Positions 17,163-22,537 of a stretch of DNA of 28,285 nt are shown here, one piece after another. The first letter of the stretch is position 1. The number at the start of each line of letters is the position of its first letter. The DNA comes from an uncultured Candidatus Saccharibacteria bacterium (GTDB lineage: Bacteria; Patescibacteriota; Minisyncoccia; Minisyncoccales; JAUWAW01): contig CAYHTF010000001.1 of the NCBI GenBank assembly GCA_964359535.1, positions 1 through 28,285 on the forward strand, in the 5' to 3' direction. The notes beneath the pieces are model-generated. The model saw only the letters and a program-made list of their open reading frames with translations, was not told where the DNA came from and did no database searches. The translations under genes and the position numbers were made by a program.

Positions 17163-17251
17163 CAACGCTAAGCGTTGTTTACGGCCGCGCTGAGCGCGGC
17201 CACCAGGCACGCTCAGCGTGCCACATAAATTTTGCGTCAGCAAAAATTTAT
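17162..17251 (+). repeat. Four tandem perfect hairpins in the tRNA-Arg/tRNA-His spacer
   Basis: ACAACGC-TAA-GCGTTGT (17162-17178), GGCCGCGC-TGA-GCGCGGCC (17183-17201), GGCACGC-TCA-GCGTGCC (17206-17222), and TAAATTTTGC-GTCA-GCAAAAATTTA (17226-17250, one bulge). The first three share the core CGCTNAGCG. Confidence 0.8.
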
Positions 17252-17279
17252 CCCAAATTACACACACAAATTACAGCAT

Positions 17280-17356
17280 GGCGGTCGTAGTGTAACGGTT
17301 TAGCACTGCAACCTGTGGAGTTGCCAGAGGGAGTTCAATTCTCCTCGACCGCCCCA
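17280..17356 (+). tRNA. tRNA-His (anticodon GTG) with encoded G-1 and CCA
   Basis: G(-1) followed by GCGGTCG...CGACCGC-C-CCA. Anticodon arm GCAAC-CTGTGGA-GTTGC. T arm GGGAG-TTCAATT-CTCCT. Confidence 0.9.
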
Positions 17357-17405
17357 TATTTTTTTGGTCGACGGTTTTTCAATTTTCAATTCGCATCATA
17401 TCTCT

Positions 17406-17540
17406 ATGAAAAAAGGCAAAACAAACGCCAAATATCTGCTTATAGTTATTATGGCGGCTGTTACTTCCGGCCTTTTAATATGGCAGTATTTCCAGCTGGT
17501 GAGCGAAGAGTTCGCAACTATCGCCCGGCTTGTCGTATAG
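17406..17540 (+). CDS. Possible 44-aa single-TM small protein
   Basis: ATG...MKKGKTNAKYLLIVIMAAVTSGLLIWQYFQLVSEEFATIARLVV then TAG. It has a positive N-terminus plus a TM segment, and a strong terminator follows directly. It is below the ORF-track length cutoff. Confidence 0.35.
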   Translation: MKKGKTNAKYLLIVIMAAVTSGLLIWQYFQLVSEEFATIARLVV

Positions 17541-17550
17541 TAAAAATATA

Positions 17551-17586
17551 AAAATCGGCAAAGGGCCGCCCTTTGCCGATTTTTTG
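17551..17586. terminator. Bidirectional terminator
   Basis: aaaa-atcggcaaaggg-ccg-ccctttgccgat-ttttt. An A tract lies upstream and a T tract downstream. It sits between convergent genes. Confidence 0.65.
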
Positions 17587-17631
17587 TTTGTCCTCCTCCC
17601 GTTCGCGCGACCAATCCCGCGAAATGTTTTC

Positions 17632-18027
17632 CTATAAAATTTTAGAGTATTCTGGATAGTTTTCCTTTACTAAATTTTTCCAGTTCGCGGTTTCGTTACT
17701 GCCGCTCAAATCGTTTTTATGATAAACAACTAAAATATTAACAACACAAGTATTTTTATGAACAGCAATAATGCAACGGTTGCCTAAGGCGCGCCGGGAT
17801 TCTTGCGTGCCGTGAACGCGAAACTCTGTTTTGCAGATTTTTGCGCCTCCTTGGTCTGTGATAGTTTCAGCGATATTGGTCTCTCCAATAAGCGTATCAA
17901 TACGCTTAAACTCCTCACATATCGCGTTCCATGTTATATCCCAAGCTCCTTTATATTTTTTCTTAAACTTAGAGATAAAGTGCCGCTCAGCGTATTTTGC
18001 GACGATGACAGTGTAATTAGTAGACAT
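17632..18027 (-). CDS. Candidate toxin partnered with the Panacea antitoxin (RelE/ParE-fold-like by pattern only)
   Basis: 131 aa, overlapping the upstream antitoxin gene by 11 nt. The C-terminal half KTEFRVHGTQESRRALGNRCIIAVHKNTCVVNILVVYHKNDL resembles the K-x-R...G-x-R-hydrophobic...hhhh-Y-x-K-x-D pattern of RelE/HigB-like toxins. No confident family. Confidence 0.55.
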   Translation of the reverse strand: MSTNYTVIVAKYAERHFISKFKKKYKGAWDITWNAICEEFKRIDTLIGETNIAETITDQGGAKICKTEFRVHGTQESRRALGNRCIIAVHKNTCVVNILVVYHKNDLSGSNETANWKNLVKENYPEYSKIL

Positions 18028-18700
18028 AGTCGGGGTCTTGCTGGGTTATCAGTTCGTATGGTATGGCCTCGTCCGGGGCGCAAATTTTGTACGGGAGTTG
18101 TTCGTGGGTAAAATCGACAATGTCGCGCGTATTTTTATTTTTCCATTTCGCGCTTATCTTTTTTATAAGTTCTATTTCTTTGGTGTCCAATAGATCAAGG
18201 TTTTGATTAAAAGAAGAACCGGAAAGCGAGACAAGAAACGCGTCGCCTTTGTGGTCAACGAATATTTTGCCTTCTTCCTCAAGCTCCGCGAGCGCGCGGA
18301 AATAAGAATCTGGCACTGGGCCGTGCGCGCGGCGCAGATACTGCATTCCGCTCATGCTTTTTAGGTTTTGGTAGTACCACGCGAAATCAGCAAGGTATAA
18401 CAATTTTGCTAATTTTGTTTTTGGCACTTTGCCGTCGGCAGATACGGAAGATTTTAGGTACGCAAGGATCATCTGTTTATATTTTTCATATTCGGGCAAT
18501 GTCGCGCTGGCGAATTCCTCAATAGAAATACCGAACAAGTCTTTTAATTTTTCCGCTTCTTCCAAGGTTAATTCACGGTTTCCGCGTTCAATGCCAATAT
18601 ACGAAGGCCTTGAAATGCCAAGCTTGTCAGCCATAAAAGATTGAGGAAAACCCCGCCCCGTTCTCAACTCCCTGATGAATTGCGCGTATTTATTAATCAT
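18017..18700 (-). CDS. XRE-HTH + Panacea (DUF4065/SocA-like) domain antitoxin
   Basis: N-terminal HTH: FIRELRTGRGFPQSFMADKLGISRPSYIGIERGNRELTLEEAEKL. The C-terminal KTKLAKLLYLADFAWYYQ...YLRRAHGPVPDSY matches the Panacea-domain pattern. Confidence 0.8.
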   Translation of the reverse strand: MINKYAQFIRELRTGRGFPQSFMADKLGISRPSYIGIERGNRELTLEEAEKLKDLFGISIEEFASATLPEYEKYKQMILAYLKSSVSADGKVPKTKLAKLLYLADFAWYYQNLKSMSGMQYLRRAHGPVPDSYFRALAELEEEGKIFVDHKGDAFLVSLSGSSFNQNLDLLDTKEIELIKKISAKWKNKNTRDIVDFTHEQLPYKICAPDEAIPYELITQQDPDYVY

Positions 18701-18731
18701 ATATTTTCAGTATATAGGTTTATGTAAAAAA

Positions 18732-18760
18732 GTCAATCATAGCGTGTCAATAAACTTGAC
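18732..18760. promoter_or_regulatory. Candidate operator upstream of the HTH-Panacea operon
   Basis: The inverted repeat GTCAA-taaac-TTGAC (18746-18760) and an extra GTCAA (18732-18736) lie 30-60 nt upstream of the start at 18700, overlapping minus-strand TTGACA/TTGACT -35-like hexamers. Confidence 0.3.
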
Positions 18761-18790
18761 ATATGTTTTGAAAGACAATGAAACCAAACA

Positions 18791-18822
18791 AAAACTGGCG
18801 GGAATAATTCTCGCCAGTTTTT
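18791..18822 (-). terminator. Terminator after the RelE/ParE toxin gene
   Basis: aaaactggcg (18791-18800) pairs with cgccagtttt (18812-18821). On the minus strand the stem is followed by tttttgtttgg. Confidence 0.55.
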
Positions 18823-18841
18823 GTTATGGAACACAATATTA

Positions 18842-19087
18842 CTACTTCGGGTGCTTGATAATGTTCAAAATAAAATAGGTGTCGCCTTTAATTAGGAAGT
18901 AAAAACGAAAATTGTCATTAACTCGGCATTGCCAAATATCTCTTTCCTCGTCATATTTTTTGGCGCGCAAAGACGGATGCCTAATATTGTTTAATAAAAA
19001 ACCAAGCTGTTTTTTAAACTTTTGCTTGGTGTTTTTTGGCAGTTCTTTAAATTTATCCAAAAATGGCTCAGTAAAAATCGCTTTCAT
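18842..19087 (-). CDS. RelE/ParE-family type II toxin
   Basis: 81 aa. ...NIRHPSLRAKKYDEERDIWQCRVNDNFRFYFLIKGDTYFILNIIKHPK matches the HPSL+xKK...W..R+...yRxxf..xgdx..ilxixxH pattern of this family. Confidence 0.8.
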   Translation of the reverse strand: MKAIFTEPFLDKFKELPKNTKQKFKKQLGFLLNNIRHPSLRAKKYDEERDIWQCRVNDNFRFYFLIKGDTYFILNIIKHPK

Positions 19088-19091
19088 GATT

Positions 19092-19292
19092 TTACAAACC
19101 TTTCAAAAACGATATGGCTTCTTTTGCGCCATTAAGCGCTTCAGAAATTCTTCCTTCTTTAATAGCTTTTATGCCTTCTAAAACAGCCGCTCTTTCCGGG
19201 TCGTCAATCAAAACTCTCCCCTCCTTGACAGACCGAAGGGGAATTTTTAAAACTAAATAATTTTTTGTCTGGCTCACCAAAACTTGTTCCAT
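19092..19292 (-). CDS. Putative cognate antitoxin
   Basis: 66-aa ORF ending 4 nt upstream of the toxin start, in antitoxin-first order. Family not recognised. Confidence 0.5.
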   Translation of the reverse strand: MEQVLVSQTKNYLVLKIPLRSVKEGRVLIDDPERAAVLEGIKAIKEGRISEALNGAKEAISFLKGL

Positions 19293-19360
19293 AATTTTAC
19301 TGTTTTTATCATAACAAATTATCCCGCTAAAATCAAACCGCTCAAATTTTTGCGTCAGCT

Positions 19361-19490
19361 TTGTAGTTTGTGTGAGTAATTTGTAATTAGGGATAAAATT
19401 TCCGTTCTATATAAATTACGTTTTTTCCGTTTTCCAAATTACTAATTACAAACTACAAATTACTCAAAATTTCCGTTTAGCGGAAATTTT
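19361..19490. repeat. Crossing inverted-repeat blocks plus the tRNA-Leu trailer hairpin
   Basis: 19361-19371 is complementary to 19448-19458 (11 nt). 19373-19385 is complementary to 19454-19466 (13 nt). The two pairings cross. Perfect hairpin aaaatttccg-tttag-cggaaatttt at 19466-19490. Confidence 0.7.
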
Positions 19491-19493
19491 ATG

Positions 19494-19577
19494 TGCCGCG
19501 GGTGGGAGTTGAACCCACACGAAGTTGCCCTCACGCGATTTTGAGTCGCGCGCGTATGCCAATTCCGCCACCGCGGC
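19494..19577 (-). tRNA. tRNA-Leu (anticodon CAA), long variable arm, no encoded CCA
   Basis: Reverse complement GCCGCGG-TG-...-CGCGA-CTCAAAA-TCGCG-(16-nt variable arm)-GTGGG-TTCAACT-CCCAC-CCGCGGC-A. Confidence 0.9.
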
Positions 19578-19598
19578 ATTTATTTTTCCAGAGCGAAG

Positions 19599-19946
19599 TG
19601 GTGGAGATGGCGGGTTTTGGACCCGCATCCGAAAATTATCGCCAAAACAATTCTACAAGCTTGTCCCGATTTAATTTATCCGCGAAAAGTATGAAACCGG
19701 ACAAAAAATTTTCGCGGCTGGCCCGTTGCTTTCAACAATTCTTCCGAGTCAAAAGAACTGTATATCTCGCTGGTATGACACTCGCTTTCGCCTAGCGAGA
19801 ATTAGCGGAGCGAATGGCTTTAAGCGTATGCTAAAGCAGGTTCTTGAAATAAGTTGGCACTTATATCATTCCTCAAAGTTTTGCGAGGTTTGAGAAAACT
19901 CGGCTTGCTTGGTTTGGTTCAATTCCCGTCGAAGCATTGCATCCCC
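19599..19946 (-). ncRNA. ssrA: tmRNA (ssrA), CCA encoded, tag ANLFQEPALAYA
   Basis: The 5' end GGGGATGCAATGCTTCGACGGGA pairs with the 3' end GCGGGTCCAAAACCCGCCATCTCCACCA, including a G3:U pair in the acceptor stem. The tag frame GCC AAC TTA TTT CAA GAA CCT GCT TTA GCA TAC GCT TAA lies at 19858-19820. Confidence 0.9.
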
Positions 19947-19950
19947 GTAT

Positions 19951-20400
19951 TTAGGATTTTTCGTTCAGCGTTCTCCGTATCTCTCTTTCCGTTTCCCTTT
20001 TTTTAATTTTCTCTCTTTTGTCAATTTCCCTCAGGCCTTTCACTAAGGCGAATTCCAGCTTGATTTTGCCGGCCTTACTATACAGCTTTAAAGGCACCAT
20101 GGTCAAGCCCTTTTGCCGGCTTTTACCCAGCAGATATTTGATTTCCTTCTTTTGTAAGAGCAATTTTCTGGAGCGGTCTGGTGAATAGTCAACGGGCGTG
20201 TTGTTCGGCTGATAAGGCGGAATGTTAGCGCCAATCAAAAAGGCCTCCTCCTCTTTAAAAACCACATAAGCGCCGCGCAAGCCAACTCTTCCGGTTCTGA
20301 TAGATTTAACTTCCTGTCCCAGCAAAACCATACCCGCTTCAAAGGTTTCCAGAATCTCGTAAGAATGGCCGGCAAATTTATTGACCGCTAATGCTTTCAT
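19951..20400 (-). CDS. smpB: SsrA-binding protein SmpB
   Basis: HSYEILETFEAGMVLLGQEVKSIRTGRVGLRGAYV...IGANIPPYQ...RKLLLQKKEI. I chose ATG 20400 (MKALAVNK) over the track start 20460, which would overlap argS. Confidence 0.9.
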   Translation of the reverse strand: MKALAVNKFAGHSYEILETFEAGMVLLGQEVKSIRTGRVGLRGAYVVFKEEEAFLIGANIPPYQPNNTPVDYSPDRSRKLLLQKKEIKYLLGKSRQKGLTMVPLKLYSKAGKIKLEFALVKGLREIDKREKIKKRETEREIRRTLNEKS

Positions 20401-20444
20401 GCCTCTATAATAGCATTTTCGCTGATTTTGGGCTATATTGAAAT

Positions 20445-21941
20445 ATGATGCTCCGAACAAAAATCAAAAAACTGCTCAAAGAAATAATCGGCCAGGAAGC
20501 GCGTCTGGAACATCCGGCTAATTTGGCTTTTGGCGATTATTCCACTAACGCGGCTATGGTGGCCAAGCTCAACCCACAAGAATTGGCTGAGAAATTAAGC
20601 GCCAACCCGCTTTTTGAAAAAGTGGAGGCGGTCAATGGTTTTGTCAACTTTTTTTTGTCGGGCAAATGTTTACGCCAGGAATTGGCTGATGTTTTAAAAC
20701 GGGGCGATAAATTTGGCGATATTAATCTTGGAAAAAATAAAAAGGTTCAAGTTGAGTTTATCTCGGCCAATCCAACCGGTCCTTTAACCGTGGGCAATGG
20801 CCGAGGCGGGTTTATGGGCGATTGTCTGGCCAATGTTTTGCGAGCCGCCGGCTTTGCTGTCCAGAGGGAATATTATATCAATGACCGCGGCACACAGATA
20901 GAGAGCTTGAAAAAAGGGCTTTACAAGGGCGAAGAGCGAACTTGGAATAAAATTCAAAAAGAAAATCAGAAGTTTATCGCCAAAAAATTGCGGATTAAGT
21001 TTGATGTTTGGTTTTCGGAAAAATCGCTTTATAAAACCAAGCAGGTTGAGAGCGTTTTGAGTTTACTGGAAAGAAAATGTCTCACTTATCGCCAAGAAAA
21101 CGCGCTTTGGCTCAAAACCATGGAGTTCGGCGACGACAAAGACAGGGTACTGGTTAGGAAAGACGGAGAGCCCACATATTTTCTGTCGGACATTGCTTAT
21201 TTTAAAAACAAAATGGCTAGGGGCTTCACTCAGGTGATTAATCTGTGGGGAGCCGACCATCACGGCTATGTGCCCCGGTATCACGCGATGATCAAGGCGC
21301 TGGGATACTCTGCGGAAAAATGGCAACCCATAATATTTCAGCTGGTTCAACTGCTCAAGAACGGCAAGGAAGTCAAGATGTCCAAAAGAAAAGGCGTTTT
21401 TATTTCGTTGGAGTGGCTGATTGGCGAAGTGGGGCTGGACGCGGCTAGATTCTTTTTCTTGACCCGAAGCGCGGACAATCATTTGAATTTTGATTTGGGT
21501 TTGGCCAAAGAACAGTCGGACAATAATCCGGTTTATTATATTCAGTACGCGCACGCCCGCATTTGCAGCATTTTGCGAAAGTTCAAAGCGGAAAACTCGA
21601 AATTTCGACACATCGACACCTCTACATCTCGAAATTTCAAACTGCTAAAACACCCGAGCGAATTGCGATTGATAAAACAACTGATTAAACTGCCGGAAAT
21701 TATTGAGGATACCACGCGCGATTATCAAGTACAGAGAGTGCCGCAGTACGCTCTGGATTTGGCCGCGGCTTTTCATCAGTTTTATCGCGACTGCAAGGTT
21801 TTGGAAGCAGACAAAAAAACCAGCGAAGCCCCGCACCATACGGCGCAGGGGCAAGCCCGTTTGGCGCTGGTTTTAGCCGCTCAAATCGTTCTCAAAAAAA
21901 CACTCGGCCTAATGGGCATTTCTTCTCCCGCCAAAATGTAG
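20445..21941 (+). CDS. argS: Arginyl-tRNA synthetase (short form)
   Basis: EFISANPTGPLTVGNGRGG is the HIGH region (here T-V-G-N). GADHHGY and KMSKRKG are present. The C-terminal anticodon-binding DALR-like region is YIQYAHARICSI. Confidence 0.9.
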   Translation: MMLRTKIKKLLKEIIGQEARLEHPANLAFGDYSTNAAMVAKLNPQELAEKLSANPLFEKVEAVNGFVNFFLSGKCLRQELADVLKRGDKFGDINLGKNKKVQVEFISANPTGPLTVGNGRGGFMGDCLANVLRAAGFAVQREYYINDRGTQIESLKKGLYKGEERTWNKIQKENQKFIAKKLRIKFDVWFSEKSLYKTKQVESVLSLLERKCLTYRQENALWLKTMEFGDDKDRVLVRKDGEPTYFLSDIAYFKNKMARGFTQVINLWGADHHGYVPRYHAMIKALGYSAEKWQPIIFQLVQLLKNGKEVKMSKRKGVFISLEWLIGEVGLDAARFFFLTRSADNHLNFDLGLAKEQSDNNPVYYIQYAHARICSILRKFKAENSKFRHIDTSTSRNFKLLKHPSELRLIKQLIKLPEIIEDTTRDYQVQRVPQYALDLAAAFHQFYRDCKVLEADKKTSEAPHHTAQGQARLALVLAAQIVLKKTLGLMGISSPAKM

Positions 21942-21944
21942 AAA

Positions 21945-22499
21945 TTATAAGCCAAGGGTTTCGGCAATATCTTGCATTCCGCCCAGGGCGATTTCAATGA
22001 ATTTTTCCAAGGCGATTCCCAGCAATCCCTCGCACATATTGATAATTTCTCTTTTGGCGCCCTTGGCGAATGATTTTTCCGGCAAGCGGTTAAGAACATT
22101 TTCCGTTTTCAGCTCGCTTATTTTTTTATTGGGCAAAACAAGGGTGCTGGCCACAATCAGGCCAGTTAAAGGGTCAACGCAAAACAGAGCTTTGGCCATT
22201 TTGCTTTCCGGAGCAATGCCGTGCGCCTCGTTGTGCGTCAAAACCGCTTGGCAGGTTTCTTCGTCCAGCCCCTGTTCTTTGAGCATATCGTAGCCCAGCT
22301 TTGAATGTGTTGAGGGATCGCCTTGGCTTTTTTTGTAGTCAATGTCGTGCAAAAGCCCGCAAATGCCCCATTGATCCTCGTTCTCGCCAAAATGACGGGC
22401 TAATTGACGCATAGCCGCCTCTACGGCCAAAGAGTGTTTGAGCAGATTTTGATTCTGCAAATTTTGTTTTAACAGGTTTAGCGCTTGTTCTCTTTCCAT
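21945..22499 (-). CDS. HD/HDIG-domain metal-dependent phosphohydrolase
   Basis: LKHSLAVEAAMRQLARHFG...GLLHDIDY. I chose ATG 22499 (MEREQALNLL) over the TTG at 22538. Confidence 0.8.
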   Translation of the reverse strand: MEREQALNLLKQNLQNQNLLKHSLAVEAAMRQLARHFGENEDQWGICGLLHDIDYKKSQGDPSTHSKLGYDMLKEQGLDEETCQAVLTHNEAHGIAPESKMAKALFCVDPLTGLIVASTLVLPNKKISELKTENVLNRLPEKSFAKGAKREIINMCEGLLGIALEKFIEIALGGMQDIAETLGL

Positions 22500-22537
22500 T
22501 TTTTCTATTTTATCATAAATTTTGTTAAACTTAAACA

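Noticed and set aside
17315-17614. Track ORFs 17315..17551 (+) and 17396..17614 (-)
   Set aside because: The first starts inside tRNA-His. The second runs through the bidirectional terminator. The short 44-aa TM ORF (17406..17540) is the only plausible coding reading, and even that has low confidence.
19493-19795. 100-aa plus-strand ORF
   Set aside because: It lies entirely antisense to tRNA-Leu and tmRNA, which explain the sequence far better. The ORF is an artefact of structured-RNA sequence.
21063-21611. 182-aa minus-strand ORF inside argS; likewise 23840..24364 and 23821..24126 inside the PlsY fusion gene
   Set aside because: These are shadow ORFs opposite strongly supported CDSs.
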